Assembly: GCA_051530055.1 (NCBI GenBank)
Contig: CM121342.1
Coordinates: 9,377,480-9,441,479 of the forward strand
From: Neoechinorhynchus agilis
Lineage: Eukaryota > Animalia > Acanthocephala
Reading direction: 5' to 3'
Length of the DNA: 64,000 bases
Part shown: in pieces, positions 24,156 to 36,520 of the stretch
How positions within the stretch are numbered: position 1 is the first letter of the stretch
How the letters are laid out: every line of letters starts with the position of its first letter
Notes under the pieces: model-generated
Databases searched by the model: none
What the model was told of the DNA's origin: nothing
Seen by the model: only the letters and a program-made list of their open reading frames with translations
Position numbers and translations under genes: made by a program

Positions 24156-26370
24156 TGGGAATTGGCGGATATTGTTTGCAGGAGTGCTTCTAAGGTTGAT
24201 CTTTCCTCAGAATCACTTCAGGTTATGATATCCGAGAAGATTGGGCAGCATGGAAAATGGAGCGTAGATATAAGGAGTTGCGAGGTATAGGAGGATGAAA
24301 CGAATTAGGATTACGAGTGCTGTGCTCGTGTGAAAAGGGAGCGATATGTGGAAGAAATTGTGGTGGTAGGGTTGAGAGGCGTTTTGATTGTTTTATGAAA
24401 ATAGCATCAAGGCATTTGGTGAGAGGGGGAAAACCGGCTGTGCAAATTTTAGATGCTCTTTTGTGAAGAATTTCAAAACGGCGGATTAGCGATTTGGAAA
24501 CGTTGCAAAATACGGGGTAACCGTAGTTGAGGGATGGAAAGATTAAGCAGAAGTAAAATTTGTAGAGGTCGGGTGAAGGGATTCCTAAATGTCGCAGGCG
24601 TTTGAGGAAATAAATTTTAAAAATGTTGTGCTCGAGGGAGAGAGTGATGTGCGAGTTCCATTTCAAATTTGATTGAAATTGGATACCCAGAATTCTCAGG
24701 GAGGTGACTCGTACAATGTCATTTAGAAGCTCAGGGGATGTTGTGGAGTTGCGGTAGAGAGATGGGATCATTTCGGAGCATTTAGAGAAATTGAGATGGA
24801 GTTTGTGATTGGTGCAGAAATCTTTTATGTGTGTGATTTCTTTACAGGCTAAAGAAAAGGAGAGGTGGGGTGATGAATGGGTGATGGCGGGTGATATCGT
24901 CGGCGTATAAGAAGAGTTTAGAGCGAGAGGAAAGAGGTTTGAGGTCGTTTATTAAAATACTAAAAAGAAGTGGTGGCAATACAGCACCCTGAGATATGCC
25001 TTTGGAGAGGAATAGGCCGATAGAAGAGGTAGAACGGCAGTGAATGTATTGTTTGCGATTGTGAAGATAAGATTCGAGCCAGCGGGTCGGCCACAAGTGG
25101 AAACCAAAATCGGAGCAGGCCCGGAGAGGGAGTGAATGGTCCACTGAGTCGAAAGCTTTAGATAAATCAAGTTGAATGAGACGGGTGACGTGGGAGGAAT
25201 TATTGTCGAGGTTACGTAGAAGCGTGTCATAAATTCAAAGTAGGGTATCGCTAGCAGAAACTTCGGGTCGGAAGCGAAATTGTAGTGGCGATAACTTTTC
25301 GTGGAGAAGTGGAAGAAGGCGAGATTTAAAACATTTTTCAATGATTTTTGAAGGAGCGGATAGAATGGAAATTGGACAGAATGATTCGGCCGAAATAGGA
25401 TGCCTTTTTTTTGGAACAAGTATAACTTTAGCAGTTTTCAGGCACGCGGGGTGGATACCATATAAAAAGCTGAGGTTTATAATGTGGGTAAGAGGGTCGA
25501 TGAGTTCGGGGTGATGCAACGAAGAGCCAGTTTGGGATTTCAGATCGAGAGCGCGGTTTCTTTGTTGTACTTCATATGATGAAACTAAGGGTAGTATCGG
25601 CGAGTTGACAGAAGGTTGAGCAGTGATTGTAAATTGAGTCAGGACAGAGGCTCTGATTAATGGAATCTAGAACCTGTTTTTATTCAGTGGAGGACAAATT
25701 ATGGAAAGGAATCGGGTGGCGTATACCAAGAGAGTCCTTGACGGGCGCCACCATGTTGAGTTGCCACCTGATCGAATTTTAGAGGAGGGGAAGTTTTTGC
25801 GGGCGATAAGCATTTTGTTAGAAAGTGCCTTTTGTAAATGGAGAGTTATTGCGATGGGCCTTGGAAGCTTGCCATTGTAGAAGTTTTAAAATAAGGGTTA
25901 TCCATGGAGGGTCGCGGTTGGAGATCCTGATGAATTTCTTGGGAATTGCCGAAGCTAGGGAATTTTCTATGATTGAGGTTAGGGAGGACATGGCCAAGGA
26001 AGGGTCATTTGTGTTCTCAGAGTGGGATGTGCGGATGTTAGAGTTGAATAATTTTATAAAATTTTGGATGTGATGATCACGTTTATCCCAGACGGGAAAA
26101 CGGGGTGATTTCATACGCTGAGGTGGGGTGGAGGGAGTGATAAGGGCAAAGGAGTGGTCAGAGTTCGCGGGGGGGAGGGAGTTTAGAGGCGGATGAGTAA
26201 GCGTCGATATTTGTGAACACTTTGTCGGGTTCAGCGTCAAGATGAGTTGGGAAGTCAATTAGTTGACGCAACTCGGAGAAGGGTAGAAGAGAAAATAGAT
26301 TATTGAAGTCGCCTGCAATTGAGAAATGGTGCGAATTTGCAGTTCCGCTGCATTTTTCCAGGTTTCGCCT
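24156..26370 (-). mobile_element. CR1/L2-group LINE (APE remnant, RT, 3' UTR)
   Basis: IAGDFNN, FCPISILSAPSKIIEK, KGISQGAVLPPLLF, YADDI. The C-terminal ORF 24223-24771 is nearly identical to 46184-46732. Confidence 0.92.
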
Positions 26371-26639
26371 CTAAGCTTCGCTTCAATTGGCTAGTTCTGC
26401 CGACTGGGTCACGAAGTCATTAAAATGGACAAGGCTTAATGTTCCAGTTACTTTAGAGCGATAATTAATTTCCGTAACTCTTTGCCCATGTCACGGTGCC
26501 TCTTCACGGTTAATTTTTTTATAAGGTATGGAGAATTGTATGGATGGATTTCTCCTAGACTTATCATGAAGTCCGCATCCTAAATTGTAATTCCCATCAT
26601 TCGAAATCTTTTTGGAGCCAGAGTTAAAGAAACTCAATT

Positions 26640-26950
26640 AAGAATTGAAATGTGATGGCATAGCCATAATTGAACATTTGAAAAAATTAGATCTCTCTGA
26701 AACTGAAGTTGTGGCTATGGATACCCGGGTTTATCGGATCGGAATACATAATCACAGAAATAGAAGCTTGATGGCTCATTTTGAGTCTAAACGGGATCGG
26801 CAACTTCACGAAAGGTCCATTAGATCGTTGGCATGGCAATCACTAACAATACAACGGTGAAGCTGTGCTACAGTTACTTGAAGTACGCTCGGTCATGGCA
26901 AGGGTCGATAATCGCTGTAGTTAGATATACCGAAGCCAGACGCAGAAGTT
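26640..26950 (+). mobile_element. LINE ORF1-like remnant
   Basis: VYRIG...RNRSLMAHFESKRDR resembles the RLG..RP.IVKF motif of CR1-type ORF1. Confidence 0.4.
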
Positions 26951-27917
26951 GTTTTAAATAGCGTACATTATGATGAAAAGAACAACTATTCCAACAAGTC
27001 CTGATATTAGTTGATTCCAGAAACAAGACTGCGACTATTATTGATTTTACGATTAATTATGAAACCGATGAAAAATTGGGAAGCGTAAACACAATGAGAC
27101 AAATAGAGACAAAATATGAAGTGATAAGGAAATCAGCTGCATCAAAACACAACGTGGATGAGACATTGCCATAATATTTCGAAAATATTAGGCTTTTAGG
27201 GATCTGATATTTTCAGAAGAGTAATGAAATGGAAGACATGCTGAATGCAATTAATGACTTAAAAAGCACAGGAAATTTTTAAGTTTTAAAACTCAACCTT
27301 TACATATACCTTTTGCAAGCTTACGCCAAAGGTTTAGTTCGTGCAATAATATCTTTAGGCGTTATTAGATAATTCCAAATCTTTTCCATCGACGGAACAA
27401 TCACAGTTGACCAATTAAATGGATGTGCTAAATTGACTTTAGTCCAATAATTTACTTCGGATATTTTCTTCTCGTATCAACGTGAGACAAATCTAATCAA
27501 GTGATGTTTAAAGAAGCGATCTAAAATTTCTTTCAAAATATTCCATACATCGTCCAAATAGAAATGGAGATCTTTCAAAAACTCTCCTGAAACCTTGTTG
27601 ATTGTATATGCAAACTCAAGATCTGATTAACTTTCAATGCGTCCCATTTTAGTTTTAAGAAGACGATGAAAATCAAGCAGATTTTTATCGGAAGATATGG
27701 GGGAGAATCGATGGTGGAACAACGATGCATGCAGTTGTAGGCCGATCGGTCCCAATTGGAAGTAATTTCATCGATAATCAAGAATTATTATTGACTCAAC
27801 GACGTTATATGGAGCAGAATCAAACCGAATGTTAGCATCAAGCTTATGGAGCAGAATCAAACCGAATGTTAGCATCAAGCATAGATGCTGATGAGTTTGA
27901 AAATAACAGCCTTTAAT

Positions 27918-30900
27918 TGTGTACTGCACTTGGAGAGTTTTAAACAAAAAACAACGTGCGAATAATTAACGACAATTTAACTGTGCAAGCAGGTACTAAA
28001 CCGATTGATAATGTAATCGACCGTATGCACACATTTACGATCAATTACGGGTGACCACTTTTATCACATTCTCCCCCATTTATAATTTTCTTCCAGGTAT
28101 CTTGGAAGTTTTCGTATTCGCGACGATCTCCGAGGTTGTTGAATAGCGGTTGGTGACTCGAGAGATAATTCGTCTGTTCCAGCATGCGTTTCGTCCCCAG
28201 TTTCTTCCTTTTCGTAATCTTTGGTACATTGTTGTTAGGTGATAAGTGGGATATCTCTCCGTCTTCCGACTCTTGCTCGTTGTTTGAATATGGGGCTAGC
28301 TCTTTAGTTGATATAATATTTTTGTGCCCGTCATCGAATTGGATTGTAGAATACCCATGATTGCCGTTTAGAAGATCGACTTTCTCCATTCGGTCGTCAT
28401 ACTTGCTATTGCAAAACGGTTTTCTATGCCATACTGGATCTGTTTTTCTGAGCCAAGTTGGAAGGAGATTCGTACATCGTGACTATCGAGGGAAATTGAA
28501 TAATCGTTCATCAGGAGTGGAATTCGTAGTAGTACACAGTAACGACCTTATTGCATGAAGCGCTATTGGTAAAACGGTTTGCCATTCTGTTAGGGGCAAA
28601 GATTTTGACGCTAGTAGCATTCTGACGTTTCGCCACAATATTCCGACATATCTCTCACACTGACCGTTACCACGCGGGTTATACGGGCTGGAATAGCTAT
28701 TCGCGACTCCTAAGTCCGACAGGAAAGATCTAGTATCTTCGGAGTGAAAACAGCTTCCATTGTCGCTGTGAATGTATTCCGGAAGTCCAAATAAAGTACA
28801 TACTTGCTGTAGACAAGTCTTAACAGTCCGGCTTGGAGTGTCTTTACATGGGAACGCTGGCGGAAACCGCGAGAACTCATCTACCAAAAGAAATATAAAC
28901 CTGTTGTTTGTCGAACTCGATATCGGTCCCTTGAAGTCAACCACTAAACGCTCAAAAGGTTTGGTAGCTTTTACTACGTGCAAATCTGGCGGTTTATAAA
29001 ATCTAGGTTTGAATTAAGAGCAGATCGAGCATTCCTCGCAAGTGCGTTTCACATCATTTAAGGAATATGGTAGGTTCTTGGTTCTCACAAAGTGGGCCAG
29101 CCGCTGCACACCCGGATGAGCCAATTCATTGTGTATGTAAATTAGATCCTTCGTATTAGTGGCACGACAATCTAATCTTGAAAAAGCATCTGCACTGACA
29201 TTCAATCGACCTGGTCGGTATTTGATCTCGAATTTGTAGCAGGATAACTCTACACGCCATCTTTCGATCTTGTCGTTCTTAATCTTATTGTTGTGATTGA
29301 TGATCAGTAATGATCAAAAAACACTTACAATTAGCCAGTGTCTCCATTTTCGTACACTCTACAATTGCCTGAGCTTCCTTCTCAGTCGCAGGATGTTTTC
29401 TTTCTGCAGGTGAAAGAGTGCGTGAGAAAAAAGCTATAGGTTTTCCGTTTTGACTCAGGGTAGCAGCGATGGCAACGTCCGAAGCGTCGGTTTCTAAGAC
29501 TAATTGTCCAGTCGGATTCAGACAGCTCAGAGCAGCATTCCCGATTTCCTGCTTGATGGATTCAAAAGCTTCTAATGATTCTTAATTCAACGGGAATTCC
29601 GTGGTACGAATGATCGGGTTGATTTTGGTTGAAAAGTCAGATATCCAATTGGAATAGTACGAAAATATTCCCATGCAACGTTTCAAACTAGTCTTATCTG
29701 TTGGTGGTTTTAATGCCAAAAGACTCTCTATCCATTCAGGATCCGGTTTTATACTCTGGTAAGAAATTAGGTTTCCCAGCATTGCTATCTGATTAGTCCT
29801 GAAAATGTATTTTTTATCATTGAATGTCAAACCAAGATCTGCGATTTTTTAAAATTGTTTAAATTTGCATCGTGCTCTTCAATTGTAGATCCACAAATTG
29901 TGATATTGTCCAAATATGCATATGTACCTTTCAGCTTGTTTTTATCAATGATCGAATTCATTATTCTCTGAAAAACCGCTACGCCGTTAGCGATACCAAA
30001 TGGAACCCGGGTAAATTCACAAAGACCACCATTCGCTTCAAAAGCTGTAAAGATTCTATCCAGCCTGTTGATTGGTATTTGATGGTATGTATGTCGAAGA
30101 TCGATGGCCGTAAAATATTTATATTGTGCTACTTCTCGATCTAGATCGTCGATTTTTGGAAGAGGGTATGCATCTAGTTCAGTATATTTGTTGATTGTTG
30201 ATGCATAATCAATCACCATTCGAGGCTTACTTGCGTTACTTCGAAGAATCAATACCTGCGCCCGCTAAGGAGACTGACTATGGGTAATTATTACTTCCGA
30301 TAACATACGTTTAACTTCTTATTTAATGAAGACTTTATTGAGTTGACTATAATTCCTTGATTTGACCGCTATTGGTCGACAACCCTGATTGAGATTTGTA
30401 AAAAGACGAGGATTCATCTCTCCATCCATTGCCATGCATTCAAGCGATCCATCACCATCAAAAAAGAATTTTACTGCCTTGAACTTTTTCATAAATGATC
30501 TTCCCAAAATTATATTGGTGCATACATTTTTAAGCGCATACAGTTCGACATTTTCATAGATAATCCCTTTGTATTTAATGTTGGAACGGGTTATTCCGGT
30601 CGTGCTCCGTTCTATATCCCCAGAAGCTAATCTTACCGGCATTTGTCGGTATATCATTTTGAGATTAAGTTGCTTTACGAGCTTATCATCGATGAAGCTC
30701 TGAGAACTTCCAGTATCGAACAGAACAGACAAATCGTCTTTGTTATTTATTGTGATTGTTTGCGAAGTTCGACGAAAATCATTTTCAATTGCCAGTAACG
30801 AGATTGTGGCTATCTTTGACATGGACCTGCATACTCTTGAGCAATGGCAAATCTTCTGGCATTTGTTACATTTGGAATCTTTTGCAGGGCAAATTGATCT

Positions 30901-31767
30901 GGGATGGCGTCTATTCCCACAGAAAAAACACGTTTGTTTGTGTAATTGATTGCTAGACATTCAGGAGCTTTGGTTTGATGGTTGTTAAGTGATTCCGTAA
31001 TTTTGTTTTGAATACGACTGCAATGGTTGGTTTCATTTTTTCCGATGTAATTGTATTGATTGGTATTGAAATAGCGGCAATCGGCTTCAGCTTGTTCCAT
31101 AATATATGCCTGCTGAATCGCTTTCTCTAAGGATATATTCGCTTTTTCGAGCAGCTTTTGTCTCATTTTGTCGGAGCATAGCCCAACAATTAATGACTCT
31201 CTTATTGCTTCCTCCTTTGCCTCATCCGCGGTAATGTCCTTAAATTGGACTCTAATTCAGCCTGTCGTCGAGTTATTAGTCAATACCTCGCTGCAACGGC
31301 ATTTGTGATTCTGCATTTTGCTCTTTTAAACAGTTTGTTGCCTCTTCATATGTTTTGCAACATTTGATTTGAGCATACACCCTCGATCCAACGCAGTTTA
31401 TCAAACGAATCAATTTTCCCTTGTCATCAATTTCAAGATCTTCGATATAATTCTCAAAAGTCGTAAACCAGTGTTCGAATATTTCATGAGAGTTGCTATC
31501 GCTTGGTACTGTGAGTAATCTACCGGATTTCAATAGGTTATCGGTAACTTTAAGCATGGTTGTCTCGAGCGTACTTGGCATGAATGTCTCTGTTTCTTGT
31601 TTTTTTGTTTAATAATTTTTACTGCATTTGGACAGTTTTATTAAACAAAAAAACAACGTTCGAATAATTAAGAGCATTTAACTGTGCAAACAGGTCCTAA
31701 ACCGATCGATAATGTAGTCGACCGTGCACGCATTTACGATCGATTACGGATAACCACTTTTATCACA
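27918..31767 (-). mobile_element. Ty3/Gypsy element with both LTRs, degraded
   Basis: ~150-bp LTRs at 27918-28068 (TG...CA on minus) and ~31618-31767. PPT AAATGGGGGAGAA at 28069-28081. gag with CCHC knuckles (CFFCGNRRHPRSIC, CNKCQKICHCSRVC), protease LFDTGSSQSF, RT, RNase H, and integrase FERLVVDFKGP...HSDNG...YNPRGNGQCER. Confidence 0.95.
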
Positions 31768-31911
31768 AATTGTTTCCTAAAACAAGATTACCCGAGCCCC
31801 ACGTAAAACACCCGACGAGAGGAATACTTTGAATGAAATAAAGACAATAATGTTCGATGAATTTATTGTGTCTTTGATTTCAATCGAGGGGGGCAATTCC
31901 AATTTATTGAT

Positions 31912-32172
31912 AGTTGCAACCGTATTAACGTCCCCGATGACTGATTTATTTGTACGAATTTTCGTCTGCATGCATTCCCCAAGCTGGAAGCTGAAGATTC
32001 CATACAAACTAAGACCTGCTCAGGGGGGTGACAGATCACCCGCGGGCCTAACAACCCCGGGCACCCGAGTTCTGCCCAAGGTACACTCACCATGTACTAT
32101 TCCAGATACCGCATGCAGGCGAAAATTCGTACAAATAATTCAGTCATCGGGGAGGTTAATAAGGTTGCAACT
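31912..32172. repeat. MITE-like element with ~61-bp terminal inverted repeats
   Basis: 31913-31973 is the reverse complement of 32111-32171 with ~4 mismatches, separated by a 137-bp spacer. Confidence 0.7.
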
Positions 32173-32560
32173 TTTTTTTTTTAAAAGCTAGATTTTTTTT
32201 TGAAAGCAGCCTCTCGGAGGCAGTATTGTTTTCTATTTGGTTACTTTTCTTTACATTCACCACCTCCCACCAAATTCCAGCTTTTGTCCTTCCTCGACCG
32301 TCGCCATCACGCTGGCAGCATTGCCCCGTTGTACTGCCAGCGAGATATTTTGTCGAAGAAATAAGCCTGCCCTTGAGTCTCCGGTTGCCTCTCTCAATTT
32401 CTTCGAGAGATCCTTGAGCAGAGAGAGTGCCGAGCTGCCGAGCGCTCCATACGTCTCTACCCCAAAGGGGACAAAATAGTGAGCCCTCGATAGCTGCATA
32501 TATTTTCGTACCTTCCTCCCTTCCGCTGCACTGGCGGCACCACCGGCGATTTCGAGGGAG
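32172..32560 (-). mobile_element. CRE-like element 3' end with poly(A) tail
   Basis: KVRKY...FVPFGVETYGALGSSA...ISLAVQRGNAASV. An A-tract on the minus strand starts at 32172. Confidence 0.9.
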
Positions 32561-34199
32561 TAGGGGATCAATAAAATGAATTTATTGGTGAAATTCGCGT
32601 GCTCGTAGTACAAAGTATGCTAACGAGCATTGATCAACACAATTTTCTATTTATTGGTTTTGCCATCCGAATTTAAATTAACTGATTTATTTCCAATATT
32701 TCGTCTTATAATTTCGACATAACCAAGGTTTGTCATTGATTCGCAACTAGTAAGCGAACTGCAGCGCAATCCGAATTTGAGTAATGCCACGAGACCAGTA
32801 GTCAGATAAAATAGCGGCATGACGTCGAGCTAAGATCATAAAATTCCAAATAGAAAACAAGCAAAATGTAACCAGCCCCTTCATCCGGTTTGTAGATTGC
32901 TTGTTTTGAAAACCAGCATCTTTGAAAAATCGACACAATCTTCAAGAACAGCACATTCCTAAATTTTAGTAAACTCTCTTTTCTTAGCGAGAAACAGTTT
33001 TTATGATTAAAATTCCTAATTAAATCTAAATACGTCACATAACTCATTGGTGTGATTCTTTCATGTTTTGGTGAAATGATTGTACACGCCAAGAAAGCAC
33101 TCGACATCACGCGTTGCAGTCGTTGCTCTGAATTTCCGTTTCATTGAGCAGTGTAATTGCTTTGACCTACTTGAGGAATTCTGCGGATTTGGAGCGTGGT
33201 GAAAAGGTTGGTACTTGAAAAGCGTAATGCGGCGCAGTTTGAATGGAATTCAGTTTGATATTCGACGGGAGCCATCATTGTAACGGTTTTTTTGTCGGAT
33301 CGCTGTTACATCATCGTGGAAATCGTTTTTTGACTATTTGTTCTCATTAGCATTTGCACTTTATCTGTTTCATCCAAATCAAAGATTCTCGTAGTTGACC
33401 TGCTTTAGGCGAAATATAGCTTCATTCTGGAGTTTTTGTTTATTTCTGCCACGCACACGCGTCTATTTCGTGTGCAGGAATTCTTGAGACTTGAACATTC
33501 GAGTTATAGTAAATAATTACGACCATAAATGATTCGCGCTTTGTGTTCGCCTTCATTGTCATTTCATAGCATTTAACTATTCTTATTCTTAACTCCGGTT
33601 ACTTCGTCCAATATTCTCATGGTGCTACTTCCCAAATCTATCGGAACCATCGGCCTTGGACGAATTTCTGTGACCGCCACAATGCACCGATTTCCTGGCA
33701 CTATCTTGAGCTTCTGCATCAACATCGCCTTCTAAAACTACATTCAATTGACTTTCTTAGATATAAAAGTCGTATTCAGCTGGCTCATTCCACCACTCAT
33801 AAATCCCGACATGACTGTTGATTACATTATCTTCACCTTCCTTAAGGTTACTTTTTATTGTCATGGAGCTCTGCTTTCTCCGGGCTGTTAACAAACATTC
33901 TTAAATTTCGGCTTCCAACTCCCGTTTGTATGAATGGGAGACTTCCACCTTCAGAAGTGGTTCCTTTGATTTTCTTTTACGCGATTGTGCGCCATGGCAT
34001 TTGCCGATTATCAACAAAGCGCGAGCCGATTGTTACGCCCGGTGATTTCCCGACGAATTTCTTAGTCGTGTGCTCTCTCCCAGGTGCTTCAATTTCGCCA
34101 GTAGCGTCCTGGGATTGCGCCATTTTCCTAACGTTTTTATTTATTTGGTCAATAAAAGCCTTTATTTCAGTGAGGTTCGAACACGTGTTTCCAACTGGA

Positions 34200-35398
34200 T
34201 TTATTTCGTGAGCTGCGAATTGGTTTTTATAACGCTAATCCGCATGCACCTTCGTGGGATTCAGCAATCTCGTTGGACCAGTTGCTCCGAGTGTTATTTG
34301 TTGTGGGTTGAAATTTGTAATCTGATTTCCAAAATAGGTGTTCACCATTGGAGCATTCACGTTTGCTGGAAAGTTTGTATTGTGTATTCCCATTCCACTA
34401 TTCATTTTTGGTCGATACGGGCCATAACCAAATTGGATGTTTAATGGTAAGTTGGGGTATAACGTTATTTTTGTACTGAAATGCAAATTGTTGTCCAGGA
34501 CCATTTTATTGGATGTTTCCGTGATATATTTGTGTTCGTAGGCTCCATTGCATGTAGCTCATCGCAAATGTAACTTTATATCTGATTTGAGGCAGTTAAT
34601 TGTATTCATTGGGCGGATACGAATTTGGGACGAGCAGGGAATGTGTCTCGTGCTTATCAGTGTAGCCTGTCGTCCCCTTGCCGCATTCTTATCTGCCGGT
34701 TGAACCCGAGGTCGTTTTGTTTGGCGTTCCTTTGTGTTGTTCGGATCGTACATTAAAAAGGATTCTCTACTTACTGTAGTGCTAACGACTCTTACAAATT
34801 AATGCTGGTGGGATAAAGTGTTCCTTATCAAGTTCTAAAATTAAGATATCATTCAGACTTTCTGAAATGATTAGTGGCGATGCTCACCTTCATCTGATCG
34901 ATTTCTCTTCTCACGGTCATTGCTGCAAAATATGGAACGTTACTGATCATCCATTGATGGATTTGTTGTAATGTTAAGCGTTTTTCACTCGAAGTTGTAA
35001 TGACTCCAAAGTAAAGAATTTATCTGACATTTGATTTTTAGTTATTAAATGGTTCATCAGTTCGTTTATCTGGTGTTTTTTGACCTTTTCTGTGATTTTC
35101 TTACAGGAACGAATTCTATGGAAGTGTCGGACGAACAGTTGTCTGAATAGGCCAAGTGGCTTGCACGGGAACTGGCGCCTTTTAACGCATCAGATAGATA
35201 GTGCATTACTTCAGTAGCTGCAATATCCGAAGCCGCTAAAAGATAATAAGTACTTCCATGAGACGGTTGGTTCCAAATTTCACAGAAATTTACTGTAGAA
35301 GTACGCTTGCATGGTTTAAAACTTGTGTTGGAGCATTTTATTTGTTTGTTCAGAATATCGCCTTTATCTTCATTTGTTTCTTTAATTGAGCGAACATG
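34200..35398 (-). pseudogene. FoxO-like forkhead gene, copy B (5' end cut by LINE)
   Basis: GVITTSSEKRLTLQQIHQWMISNVPYF...DQMK, then a 53-nt GT-AG intron (34887-34835), then NLIRNTLSHQH*FVRV...FLMYDP...KRPR. This matches FoxO WK/NSIRHNLSLHSKFIRV, including the conserved phase-0 intron. In-frame TAA codons are present. Confidence 0.8.
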
Positions 35399-36520
35399 CT
35401 TGGGCAGGCGTTTAAGGATCTCTACGAATTCGAGAGGGGAAACTAAGGAAGGGCATGTATTAATGGGCGGGTCAAAAAGTGAGGAGGAAGGTTGTGACAA
35501 TGGAGAGGAGGTTTGGGGAGGACACATGTTTTTATTCATGGAGTTAAGGATTGAGAGGAGATCAGATTTTGGGAGATTTGCGAAGGGGGGTGGATCTACT
35601 AAGACCAGTGACATTTTTCATTTCACGCTACCAGTTTCGATTGGGAACGGACGAGAGACGAGATGAGAGGAATACTTTGCGGGCTATACGGATGCGTTTT
35701 GTCAGTGTGGAGTAGAGGGAGGGGTAAGCGGGATTGCCTAACCGAAAAGCTTTGGTGACCTGCATTTGAAGGGTTTTTAGAAAAGGCGAGAACCATGGAG
35801 GGTCGCGGTTCGAGATTCGTATTGTTTTGCGAGGAAAGGAGGCCTTCGTCGCAGATTCTATTAGATTTAACAAAGAGCCCATTACAATCGAGGTGTCGGT
35901 GCCAAAGATGGTAGAGCGGTTTTGCGTGATAAGAGAATTGACACATACAGCAAAGGATTGGGAATGGTGATCACGTTTATCCCAGAAAACGTAGGGGTCG
36001 GAAAAGGAACGTTTTTAAGGTGATGAAGGGGAGAAAAGGGTGGAACAATGGTCAGACGAGGTGATCGGGGGAGTTTGGTAGTGCACGAATATTGCCTGAT
36101 GTTTGAGAAAATTTTATCAAGGCGGGAGGAGAAGCGTGTGGGGAAAGTAACGAGTTGGGAAAGATGAGAGAGCGAGGGCAGGATCGGCAGTTTGTTAAAA
36201 TCGCCCAATATGATGAAGTGATCTGAGGAAGTGGAAAGTAGGTCAGTGAATAGGTGGTCTATTTGTTGAAGTGTGTTGGGGATGTTTGAGGAAGGAGGGC
36301 GATAGAGGCCAGCGAAAGAGATCTCACGTTGGCCATTGCGGAGGGGGGATGAAGTTGGATGTGAAGCCATTCAATATCGTCGGAGATGAATAGGTAGGGT
36401 GAAGAGCGATGGTAAGGGAGAGAGGCGCGGATGAAGATCGATATGCCTCCCCGTTTCGGAAGTCCCTTGTGGGGTGAAAAGCTTGAAAGTTTGGAAGAAA
36501 GGCAGCACTTGTTTAGCGCC
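35399..36520 (-). mobile_element. CR1/L2-group LINE fragment (APE endonuclease plus linker)
   Basis: GLYRPPSS, FIILGDFN, LVTFPTRFSSRLDKIFSN. The linker SRLSSVPNRNW is shared with 8625-8660. Confidence 0.9.

Noticed and set aside
27884-27912. CTGATGA...GAAA hammerhead-like match
   Set aside because: No stem II or stem I can form.
32860-32895. Hammerhead-like CGGATGAAGGGGCTGG on the minus strand
   Set aside because: The core has a U4 change, and the second half of stem II and GAAA are missing. At most a truncated Penelope tail.
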